32,000 nt of DNA from Synechococcus sp. PCC 7336 (GTDB lineage Bacteria > Cyanobacteriota > Cyanobacteriia > Thermostichales > PCC-7336), in assembly GCF_000332275.1 (NCBI RefSeq), contig NZ_CM001776.1, positions 2,761,737-2,793,736 on the forward strand, read 5' to 3'. Of the stretch, positions 8,833 to 16,367 are shown piece after piece. The notes beneath the pieces were generated by a model. That model saw only the letters and a program-made list of their open reading frames with translations. It had not been told where the DNA came from and did no database searches. A program made the translations under genes and the position numbers. Positions within the stretch are counted from its first letter, which is position 1. Each line of letters starts with the position of its first letter.

Positions 8833-9165
8833 ATGGCTAAAGGGTTTGGACCGTTCGGCAAGATTCAAGAGGCGCTTAAGAAGGCCCAGCAGGTGAAAGA
8901 GGGGGCTCAAAAGCTCCAAGTCGAGCTAGACGAGATGGAAATTGTCGGCGCAGCTGGAGGCGGTTTGGTGACCGTCTCGTTAAGCGGCAACCAAGAGCCT
9001 CGGGGTGTAACGCTGGCTCCAGAAGCGATGGATAAGTCAGCGGAGGAGTTGCAGGGCTTGTTTTTTGAGGCTTTACAGAAGGCGTATGCCGAGTCGACCG
9101 AGACGATGCGGACCAAGATGGAAGAGTTGACGGGCGATATTAGCCTACCGGGGCTGGGATTTTAA
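8833..9165 (+). CDS. ybaB: YbaB/EbfC-family nucleoid-associated protein
   Basis: 110 aa reading MAKGFGPFGKIQEALKKAQQVKEGAQKLQVELDEMEIVGAAGGGLVTVSLSGNQE..., the typical YbaB sequence. It shows the classic synteny directly upstream of recR. Confidence 0.9.
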   Translation: MAKGFGPFGKIQEALKKAQQVKEGAQKLQVELDEMEIVGAAGGGLVTVSLSGNQEPRGVTLAPEAMDKSAEELQGLFFEALQKAYAESTETMRTKMEELTGDISLPGLGF

Positions 9166-9266
9166 GCTGACCTGCGCGGCAGCTCGCAATACGGTAGGCA
9201 GCTCTCCGCGATCGCGCGGGGGGTTTTGATGTTTTCGATCCATTGCCGTTCAATGGAAGTTCATTC

Positions 9267-9869
9267 ATGTATACTCGCCCTCTAGCCCGCCTGATTGAAG
9301 AACTGCAGAAACTTCCCGGCATCGGTCCCAAATCAGCTCAGCGCTTGGCTCTGCACCTGCTCGACCGGCCTAAAACCGAGGTGGAAGCCCTGGCCCGCGC
9401 CCTCATCGAGGCCAAAGAGCAAATTGGTCAATGCTCCATCTGCTTTCACTTTTCGGCGGACGATCCCTGCGAGATTTGCCGATCGCCTCAGCGAGAGTCC
9501 AGGCAACTCTGCATCGTGGCGGACTCCAAGGATCTGATCGCGCTAGAACGCACCCGCGAGTTTAAGGGCAAGTACCACGTTTTGGGCGGCCTCATTTCCC
9601 CCATGAATGGCATTGGTGCCGAACAGCTCAATATTCGCCAGCTCATTCAGCGCGCCGCTGCCGACAAGCCGGAAGAAGTCATTATGGCCATCAGTCCTAG
9701 CGTTGAAGGGGAAGTGACCATGCATGTGGTTGCCGACTACCTAAAAGAGCTCAACCCCAATCTCAAGGTCACCCGCATTGCTTTCGGCCTACCGATCGGT
9801 TCCGACCTCGAATACGCTGATGAAGTTACCCTCGCTAGGGCATTAGAAGCGCGACAAATTATGACTTAA
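9267..9869 (+). CDS. recR: recombination protein RecR
   Basis: [32 protein letters not shown] is the helix-hairpin-helix. It also has the C4 zinc finger [16 protein letters not shown] and the Toprim segment [19 protein letters not shown] 9267 is preferred over the ORF-track start at 9243. Confidence 0.93.
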   Translation: MYTRPLARLIEELQKLPGIGPKSAQRLALHLLDRPKTEVEALARALIEAKEQIGQCSICFHFSADDPCEICRSPQRESRQLCIVADSKDLIALERTREFKGKYHVLGGLISPMNGIGAEQLNIRQLIQRAAADKPEEVIMAISPSVEGEVTMHVVADYLKELNPNLKVTRIAFGLPIGSDLEYADEVTLARALEARQIMT

Positions 9870-9903
9870 GTTCGCCTCCGGTACATATTTTTTAGCGATC
9901 GCC

Positions 9904-9996
9904 CGATGGATATGGCTGATGCATGGACATGGCTGATGCTTCGTTGATTGCTGCTGCCGAAAGTTTGGACAAACGAAGAATTTTCGCCTTGGATAG
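9904..9996 (+). pseudogene. C-terminal fragment of a PIN-domain (VapC-like) toxin containing an imperfect 17-bp tandem duplication
   Basis: The plus strand reads PMDMADA, then after a frame-breaking duplication (ATGGCTGATGC occurs twice, 17 nt apart) MADASLIAAAESLDKRRIFALDS. This is the conserved PIN C-terminal block (D-A-S-L-x-A-x-A-E...I-x-T/A-x-D). No N-terminal part is present on this strand. Confidence 0.45.
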
Positions 9997-10105
9997 TTGT
10001 AGAACGAAGCCAATAGCCTCTCGGAAGTCCCCCACTGGTGGGGGATTTAGGGGGCCGAGTGCAATGCTTGAAAACTCCAGATCTCAATCTGGATGAGGTT
10101 TATGT

Positions 10106-10249
10106 CTACACTTGCGGGGCGGGCAAGGGTTTGAGTTGGTGCCAAGGTGAGGGGCGATCGCTTGGGAGGTTTGAAGAACGGGGGAGTTGGTTGCGATCGC
10201 TTCGGTCGGTGAGGGCGTAGAGAAAGCGAGTGTCGATGATAGCGGTCAT
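10106..10249 (-). pseudogene. truncated or frameshifted PIN-domain (VapC-like) toxin, N-terminal part only
   Basis: The minus-strand ATG at 10249 lies 9 nt after the upstream antitoxin-like stop. It reads MTAIIDTRFLYALTDRSDRN, a typical PIN N-terminus with the first acidic residue. The sequence then becomes non-PIN-like and stops after 47 codons. I could find no PIN C-terminal block in any minus frame. Confidence 0.5.
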
Positions 10250-10258
10250 GTGGTGGGG

Positions 10259-10510
10259 CTACTTGAGGGTCCATCCTCGGAGGGGATCGATCTCGGTAGC
10301 GAGGATGCCTTCTTCTGTTTCAGAGATGTCGGTTTGACCGGAGGCTCCTAAGCCTGCGAGGGCAAGCAAGCTAGAGAGACTAGACGTTTTTGGGAGATGG
10401 GTTGGCTCGGTTCTGAGGTGGAGTTGCTCGACGAAGGATGTTAACTCGGGTAGGGCTTCGTTGGGGAGAGATTCGATCGCTTGGATGATATCCTGGCGGG
10501 TTGGGCTCAT
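10259..10510 (-). CDS. small antitoxin-like protein (DUF2281-like partner of PIN toxins)
   Basis: 83 aa. MSPTRQDIIQAIESLPNEALPELTSFVEQL... with the tail ...EIDPLRGWTLK resembles cyanobacterial PIN-associated antitoxins. It sits immediately upstream of the PIN fragment. Confidence 0.5.
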   Translation of the reverse strand: MSPTRQDIIQAIESLPNEALPELTSFVEQLHLRTEPTHLPKTSSLSSLLALAGLGASGQTDISETEEGILATEIDPLRGWTLK

Positions 10511-10666
10511 GGGGAATGAGGTTGGTTAGTTTGAGCATTGTCTGGAGGACTGATGCAGTTTGGGTTTAGTTTAGCTCGTGCGATCGCCCTTTGGCTGAGG
10601 GGGGTTGGGGCGATCGCCGCGATCGGGTTCGATTTCGTAGACTGTAGGAAAGACGAGGGGCGATCG

Positions 10667-11038
10667 ATGGAATTCCAAACGTTAGAGGGCACTTGGGAAG
10701 AGATTCTGACTCGTGCGGACGAGTTAGCCGGTCGGCGAGTTCGTTTGACTGTGCTGCCCGAAATTGATGGGGATAAGGCTGTCAAAGACACTGACGACAC
10801 TGAAGCATTAATGCTCGACAAAACGCTTGAAGGACTGGTTGGAGTTGTTAATTCTGGTGAATCGGATTTGTCTTCCAGAACGGGCGAGGCATTGGTAGAT
10901 CGAATAGCTCTGCAAGAGCGGACCGCGTTCTCTCTGAGTGACAAAGCTTGGCAGGCGTTTACTGAGGCGATCGATCGCCCTCCAGCAGATAACCCAGAGT
11001 TAGTCCGTCTGCTGCACTCGAGGTCTCCGTGGGAGTGA
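10667..11038 (+). CDS. TacA-like (DUF1778) antitoxin with divergent N-terminal half
   Basis: The C-terminal FSLSDKAWQAFTEAIDRPPADNPELVRLLHSRSPWE matches the DUF1778 tail. ATG 10667 is preferred over the ORF-track start at 10538. Its stop overlaps the toxin ATG (TGATG at 11036-11040). Confidence 0.6.
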   Translation: MEFQTLEGTWEEILTRADELAGRRVRLTVLPEIDGDKAVKDTDDTEALMLDKTLEGLVGVVNSGESDLSSRTGEALVDRIALQERTAFSLSDKAWQAFTEAIDRPPADNPELVRLLHSRSPWE

Positions 11039-11540
11039 TGTATAGATTGCCAGAGCCGTTGGCCGAGATCCACGGTACAGATGCATTTGACTGTGGGGAT
11101 GAATCTCTGAATGATTGGCTGCAGCGGCAGTCCAGACAGAGTGAGCAGGTTGGCAATGCTCGGACTTATGTTGTTTGTGTTGAGAACGTTGTCGTGGGGT
11201 TCTACTGTTTGGCTGCGGGGAGTGTTGTCAGACAGGATGCCATCAAGCCAATGCAACGTAATGCTCCAGATCCTATTCCGGCGATCGTTCTCGGACGACT
11301 GGCGATCGATCTCAATCATCAGGGGCAGGGATTGGGGCGAGGGTTGGTGAAAGATGCCTTGCTTCGGGGACTACAGGCAGCCAATGTCATTGGAGCTAGG
11401 GCTTTTATCGTTCATGCGCTTAGCGATCGGGCAAGCTCTTCTATGAAAGTATGGGGTTCAAAGAATCACCCGTCGCGCCCAAAACGCTGATGTTTCCTCT
11501 CAAAGACCTACGGCAGGCGCTGAAATCAGCGGGATGGTAG
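11038..11540 (+). pseudogene. GNAT-family acetyltransferase toxin (TacT-like) with an apparent 1-nt frameshift near 11430
   Basis: FDCGDESLNDWLQRQ...YVVCVENVVVGFYCLAAGSV...PAIVLGRLAIDLNHQGQGLGRGLVKDAL is a typical TacT/GNAT toxin core. The annotated frame ends ...HALSDRASSSMKVWGSKNHPSRPKR* at 11490. A shift of frame after GAT CGG GC restores the canonical tail AKLFYESMGFKESPVAPKTLMFPLKDLRQALKSAGW*, with its stop at 11538-11540. Confidence 0.65.
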
Positions 11541-12220
11541 CGCTTCTCTATATGGAGACTCTTCGCAGATAAACCACACCTTCACACGTCTGTCTTGGGA
11601 AATCTCCGAAGGGTTCGGACGGCATAGATCACCATAAGGAACAGAAAGGGATGTCAGGATTTGTTCTACTTGGAATTCGATGTGAAGGGTGGGGGATTAG
11701 GATTCTAGGAGGATCTCAGAATTCGATAAACCACATCTAGCTAGAAAACCGTAGTTTTGAAAATCAGCTACAGTGCTTACAGAGCAATGGCTTCAGTGTT
11801 CAGAGACTACCACTGGAAAATTCCATGTCTCTACGTGGATGGGGTTTATCATTTCCCTGACGAGTGGACAGCGCCTAAAACATAGTGTATTTTAGGCTTG
11901 GATAAGTGAGGTTCAGGTGCATAGCAAACTCAAGTATAAGGTTTAGTGTTTTCAGATGGGCTTGTTTTGTACTAGTTCTAACGGATTCTGTGGCAGCCGT
12001 ATTTCTGGCCTTATAGCAGTATTTTGCTGCAAGCTTCTGTAGATATAGTGCATTATTTTGTTGTAAATATGTGTATCTTCTGACGAAAGATGAACTATAG
12101 ATAACAGGGATGCAAGTTATGAGGCATTAAAATGTTTGCCTGAATAAGTAAAAACACTCCGACCACAGAAAACGTTAGAACCAGTTTTGTATCAATAGTC
12201 TGGACAGTTTTTACGAAAAT

Positions 12221-12290
12221 GGCTGAAACCCGCATTCTACCGTTGATGATTGGGGCATCCAGACGGCCTGAAATCCGCATTCTACCGTTG
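12221..12290. repeat. Two direct repeats (GGCTGAAACCCGCATTCTACCGTTG / GGCCTGAAATCCGCATTCTACCGTTG) ~45 bp apart, ~100 bp upstream of the MTase start
   Basis: Read directly at 12221-12245 and 12265-12290. The 15-nt core CCGCATTCTACCGTTG-type segment is identical in both copies. They lie in the non-coding AT-rich leader. A TATAAT hexamer occurs at 12333-12338. Confidence 0.8.
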
Positions 12291-12391
12291 CCTCTGAAAA
12301 ACTGTCCGAAGTGTTGCTTGTATATAACTCAATATAATTGGTCCTATGTAGTGCATAATTACTAGTGATGCATCTTCGCGAATAATAATTC

Positions 12392-13411
12392 ATGGTTGAA
12401 GTTTTTGATTTTTTCAGCGGTTGTGGGGGGACAAGCCTCGGTTTCCAGAACTATGGATTCAGAGTTATCGGTGCACTTGATTATGACAAAGACTCAGCAG
12501 AAACTTTCCGAAACAATTTCCCAAAAGTTACATTTATAGAAAAAGATATTAGGCAAGTCAAGCCTGAAGACCTGTCAGGCATATTAATGAAACAGCGCAA
12601 GACGCCTCTATTGTTTTGTGCATGTGCTCCATGTCAGCCTTTTACAGGTCAAAGAAGACTGATCAAGGAAAATGATTCCAGGAAATCTTTATTGTCAGAG
12701 TTCGAAAGGTTTGTCAGGTACTGGAAGCCAGACTTTATTTTTCTTGAGAATGTTCCCGGTATCCAGAATATAAACAAATCTGGAGAGGCTTTTAGTGGTT
12801 TTACAGAATTACTTGAAAAAGATAGATATAATTTTGATTATTCAGTAATAAAAGCATCTGAAATTGGAGTGCCACAAGTTAGAAAGAGATTCATCCTTAC
12901 AGCATCATCGAATGGAAGGAAGGTAAGGCCGATCAAGGAAATTCTTGAGAAATACAGCCAACCTGAGACAAGTGTTAAGGATTGGATTGCAGATCTTCCT
13001 GCGATCAAAGCTGGTGAAAGACATCAAACAATCCCCAACCATGCGGCATTCAACCTTTCGGAGCAAAATCTTATCAGAATTCAACATACACCTGAAGGTG
13101 GAGATAGAAGAGATTGGCCAGAAGGACTAAGGGTAGGGTGTCACAAGAACTATCAAGGTCATACAGATGTATATGGCCGTATGAAGTGGGATGAGCCAGC
13201 TTCTACATTAACTACTAGATGTATAAGTTACTCGAATGGACGCTTTGGACACCCTGAGCAGCATCGAGCAATTAGTGTTCGTGAAGCCGCCAGATTACAA
13301 ACATTTCCGGATGATTTTGTGTTTTATGGCAACTTAGGCTCATGTGCTCGACAGGTAGGAAATGCTGTTCCTCCCTTGATGGCTCAAAGGTTTTCCGAAT
13401 CTTTTATTTAG
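12392..13411 (+). CDS. DNA (cytosine-5)-methyltransferase (Dcm-type, complete motif set)
   Basis: Motif I is FDFFSGCGGTSLGF. Motif IV is CAPCQPFT, with the catalytic Cys codon at 12632-12634. Motif VI is FLENVPG and motif VIII is PQVRKRFIL. Motif IX is REAARLQTFPDDF and motif X is QVGNAVPPLMA. Confidence 0.92.
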   Translation: MVEVFDFFSGCGGTSLGFQNYGFRVIGALDYDKDSAETFRNNFPKVTFIEKDIRQVKPEDLSGILMKQRKTPLLFCACAPCQPFTGQRRLIKENDSRKSLLSEFERFVRYWKPDFIFLENVPGIQNINKSGEAFSGFTELLEKDRYNFDYSVIKASEIGVPQVRKRFILTASSNGRKVRPIKEILEKYSQPETSVKDWIADLPAIKAGERHQTIPNHAAFNLSEQNLIRIQHTPEGGDRRDWPEGLRVGCHKNYQGHTDVYGRMKWDEPASTLTTRCISYSNGRFGHPEQHRAISVREAARLQTFPDDFVFYGNLGSCARQVGNAVPPLMAQRFSESFI

Positions 13412-13421
13412 AGAGAAAATT

Positions 13422-15179
13422 ATGTCTCAAGATATGGATAGTCTCAAAAAAGCATTCCAATGTGGTAGTGACTATAAACCATATATTTCATCTATTGTAT
13501 TTCCTAAATACAAAAATCTATCTCCTTCGTCTGAACTAACACTAGACTTTCCTTTGACATTACTTATCGGAAGGAATGGAACCAATAAAAGCTCGATACT
13601 ACATGCATTATATGGTTGTCCCAGAGGAAAAAGTACAGGAGAGTACTGGTTTTCAACCTACACAGATCCTATTAGTGATAATTCAAGAGCAGCATACTTC
13701 TATCGATATACAGATGTGCAAACTGGCGACACTGCAGAAGTTCTGAAAACAAGAATCAACAGAAAGGGCGATCCTGATTATTGGGAACCTTCTCGACCAG
13801 TTCTTGAGTACGGAATGAAGCCATTCCCGACACTTGAAAACAAAAATCATCCTATAAGGTCGATGACCAGGTGGAATGCAATCAATAAGGAGGTGCTATA
13901 TCTAGATTTCAGGGCAGAAATAAGTGCTTTCGATAAAGCATTTTATAAAGCTGTTAAAAACAGACTGGCACATAGAAAAGCACTTAGAAAATATTCAAGA
14001 CCTCTCAAAGAGGCTATAAAAGAAAAACTTCAGAGTAAAAAATATTACAGAAAAGAAAGAATATCTGTAAATCATTTATTCACGCAAGCGCAACGATCAA
14101 TCGTCAACAAAATTCTTGGTAGTGACTACAAGGAGATTATCTATATTGAACATGATTTCTACTTTTCTGGCAGCTTCTCAGTTTATATAAAAAAAGGGCA
14201 CGAGAATAATTATTCAGAGGCTTTTGCAGGGAGTGGAGAGACGAGTATCATGCGACTTATTTATGCTATAGATAGATCTCCCGAAAAAGCATTGATACTC
14301 CTTGATGAGCCAGAGACCTCTTTACATATAGATGCACAGTATAAATTGAGGGAATTTATTTTAGAAAAAATAAAGGAAAAAAAGCTACAAGTTGTCATCT
14401 CAACTCATTCGCCATTTTTTGCTCGTGGTCTTCCAGATTGTGCAATTAAGGTACTTATTCGTGATGAGGACACAGAAAGAATTAAGCTGTTTAATTCATC
14501 TCCTGCTGATGAAAGCTCTTTTTATTTAGGTTATAAAAGACCTGAATCAAATAAGTCTTTGATTTTTGTTGAGGATAAACTCGCTCAAGCCTTACTAAGA
14601 TTTGTGTTAAATAAAAGACTTTCTGAAAGTCAGCGGGATAAAATTACTGTGGATTTTATCCCTGGTGGTGTCAACACGATGCTTGATATGGCTGCAACTG
14701 AAATGCTGAAGGATAGATCAAATGCTAGTTTTGTTTTTGACGGAGATCAAATGCCTAATGGCGGCATCCGAAATCCTGAAGAGGTTCCACCTTCAGACAA
14801 TGATCGCCTGAAAGACATTCTACAATGCACCTTTAAGTATTGTCCTCGTATACCTATGGATTCAAACAATCAAGAGCAGAAATTTGATCTTTATAGGAAA
14901 TATTTATCTTTTGCAAGAAAGCACTTCCGGTATTTACCTTGTCAGACCTCAGAAGAGTTTATAGTTGCGAACCATAAAGAATTTACTGATCAGAATTCTT
15001 CAGATCCAAAGGAAGTTTTAAAAGATTATGCTGAACGTAAACTTTCTGATTCAGGAGAGATTAATTCGGACGCAATATTTTATCTCCAACGCACACTCTT
15101 GTCTGATATCCCAGAGAATAATGAAGTGTTCGACCAGATTTCAGAAATACTTGTCGAGTTGTCGGACTATGCATCTTAA
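13422..15179 (+). CDS. ABC/AAA_15-21-type ATPase fused to a putative Toprim-like (OLD-family / DUF4435-like) C-terminal domain
   Basis: Walker A is LLIGRNGTNKSSILHAL (K56, nt 13587-13589). GSGETSIMRL resembles the ABC signature. Walker B is LILLDEPETSLH (D295/E296, nt 14304-14309), and ISTHSPFF is the H-loop. The C-terminal part has SLIFVEDKLAQALL (E384, nt 14571-14573), IPGGVNTML and FVFDGDQ (D440-G-D442, nt 14739-14747). The order and ~55-aa spacing match the Toprim E...G...DxD signature. The gene starts 10 nt after the MTase stop. Confidence 0.7.
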   Translation: MSQDMDSLKKAFQCGSDYKPYISSIVFPKYKNLSPSSELTLDFPLTLLIGRNGTNKSSILHALYGCPRGKSTGEYWFSTYTDPISDNSRAAYFYRYTDVQTGDTAEVLKTRINRKGDPDYWEPSRPVLEYGMKPFPTLENKNHPIRSMTRWNAINKEVLYLDFRAEISAFDKAFYKAVKNRLAHRKALRKYSRPLKEAIKEKLQSKKYYRKERISVNHLFTQAQRSIVNKILGSDYKEIIYIEHDFYFSGSFSVYIKKGHENNYSEAFAGSGETSIMRLIYAIDRSPEKALILLDEPETSLHIDAQYKLREFILEKIKEKKLQVVISTHSPFFARGLPDCAIKVLIRDEDTERIKLFNSSPADESSFYLGYKRPESNKSLIFVEDKLAQALLRFVLNKRLSESQRDKITVDFIPGGVNTMLDMAATEMLKDRSNASFVFDGDQMPNGGIRNPEEVPPSDNDRLKDILQCTFKYCPRIPMDSNNQEQKFDLYRKYLSFARKHFRYLPCQTSEEFIVANHKEFTDQNSSDPKEVLKDYAERKLSDSGEINSDAIFYLQRTLLSDIPENNEVFDQISEILVELSDYAS

Positions 15180-15218
15180 TAGAGTGTCGGTATCGAGAAG
15201 CTCTGGAGGATTTCAGAA

Positions 15219-15554
15219 ATGAGCAGTGAAGTAAAAGCAACAGAAGTATTTCAGGGTAGTGGAAATGTATTTGCCGACCTGGAGTCAGAAGGTTCTGGTA
15301 AATTATATACTCGCGCTCAAATTAGATTTCAAGTGTTCGGGATTTTAGAAGAGAAGGGACTCAAACAAAAGGCGATCACAGAGCTGCTTGAGATTAAACA
15401 GTGGGAAGTCTCTCATCTGATGAATGGGTACTTCGACCGGTTCACAACGGATAGGCTGTTGGTGTTTCTTCAGCGGCTGGATTGGAAAGTTACTATTCAA
15501 ATCAGTCCTCACAAGAGTAATGAGCCTTATCGAGCAGTTGTTCTAACTCGTTAG
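15219..15554 (+). CDS. XRE-family HTH protein (COG5606 / HigA2-like antitoxin or regulator), no cognate toxin adjacent
   Basis: The N-terminal GSGNVFADLE box, then KGLKQKAITELLEIKQWEVSHLMNGYFDRFTTDRLLVFLQRLDWKVTIQI, is the characteristic layout of this family. It lies 39 nt downstream of the ATPase gene. Confidence 0.7.
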   Translation: MSSEVKATEVFQGSGNVFADLESEGSGKLYTRAQIRFQVFGILEEKGLKQKAITELLEIKQWEVSHLMNGYFDRFTTDRLLVFLQRLDWKVTIQISPHKSNEPYRAVVLTR

Positions 15555-15712
15555 GGCGATCGCCAGTTTGAGCCTTGCTCAGCACTCGGTGCCGACCCTC
15601 GAACCCTAAACGTTTCCTTCAACATCGCCAACAAGCAAGCAGCGATCGCAAAGTACCCCCACTAGCCCCAAAAGAACGCGGCTGCTACTCCCCTCGCCCA
15701 GGATTGATGCTG

Positions 15713-15967
15713 CTGGCGAAATTCATATTCCGAAACATTGGCCATTTGTCTAGATGCCTGTGGCCCCCTTCCCCTAACCCCTACCCCCAACTTTGGGGGC
15801 AGGGGAACAAGGCCCCGTAAGGATTTTCGGCTGTTTCTCCCCTCTCCCAAACTTGGGAGAGGGGCCGGGGGTGAGGGCCATGCAGAGGACTTGCACCATG
15901 CCAATATTTCTAAATGTTAAATTGGCCAGCAGTATCAGGATTGGGAGAGGGGCCGGGGGTGAGGGCC
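15713..15967. repeat. Nested palindromic GC-rich repeat cluster (MITE-like small dispersed repeats)
   Basis: An imperfect ~33-nt inverted repeat joins 15713-15745 to 15898-15929 (about 25 of 33 positions match). It flanks two hairpin units in opposite orientation: CCCCTACCCCC-AACTTT-GGGGGCAGGGG (15778-15805) and CCCCTCTCCC-AAACTT-GGGAGAGGGG (15839-15864, a perfect 10-bp stem). A perfect 27-bp direct repeat TTGGGAGAGGGGCCGGGGGTGAGGGCC occurs at 15853-15879 and 15941-15967. Confidence 0.85.
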
Positions 15968-16149
15968 GACTGACGCGATCCCCAGCACCAACAAAACCAA
16001 TACTGGAGCTGCCTTTAAGCCCCAAACCGCTGTTTCTGCCGATTTCTGACGCATTAGAACTGTTTCTGCCATAGTAGAGCTGTGGCAATAATGTCACATG
16101 ACGATTAAACAGAGCATATTGCAGACAGCATCATAACCCCCCGAGAACT

Positions 16150-16290
16150 ATGGCAGACGTATTACTCAAAACCGGAGAGCTGATTCGTATCCCTGACGAC
16201 GAGATCGCAGCCTATCTCGAAGAACATACCGATGACATCGAGTCCCGTCAGTTCCGTGCTAAGCGCAAACCTATCAAAACCTCCGCTTGA
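16150..16290 (+). CDS. hypothetical 46-aa protein (MADVLLKTGELIRIPDDEIAAYLEEHTDDIESRQFRAKRKPIKTSA)
   Basis: An ATG-initiated ORF below the track cutoff with native-like GC. Its stop overlaps the TTG start of ORF 16287. I recognised no motif. Confidence 0.25.
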   Translation: MADVLLKTGELIRIPDDEIAAYLEEHTDDIESRQFRAKRKPIKTSA

Positions 16291-16367
16291 CTGACAACCT
16301 TGGCCGTATGTTACTTTGCTCGATTAGGGATAAGCTTGAGACGATAAATATACTGCTAAATATTCTA

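Larger units (their letters stand above)
11541..15554. other. AT-rich, HIP1-free segment B (putative horizontally acquired cassette: leader, MTase, ATPase-Toprim-like gene, HTH)
   Basis: GC drops visibly compared with the flanks. I found no GCGATCGC between 11541 and 15554, and a HIP1 copy (15556-15563) appears 2 nt after the HTH stop. I saw no integrase or transposase. Confidence 0.6.

Noticed and set aside
10507-11319. 270-aa minus-strand ORF covering the tacAT region
   Set aside because: It lies antisense to two plus-strand genes with clear family motifs (DUF1778 tail, GNAT core). It has no recognisable motif and is serine/proline-rich.
11575-11591. Loose similarity between CACACCTTCACACGTCT (11575-11591) and CACACTTGCACGTTCT (17264-17279), considered as possible direct repeats flanking the tacAT-dnaE island
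   Set aside because: The match needs gaps and mismatches (about 13 of 18 positions). This is too weak to call without a computed alignment and comparison to an empty site.
12221-12290. Possible minimal CRISPR array, given the two direct repeats
   Set aside because: There are only two repeats, the intervening spacer is ~19-20 nt, which is too short, and there are no cas genes. They are treated instead as putative operator-type repeats.
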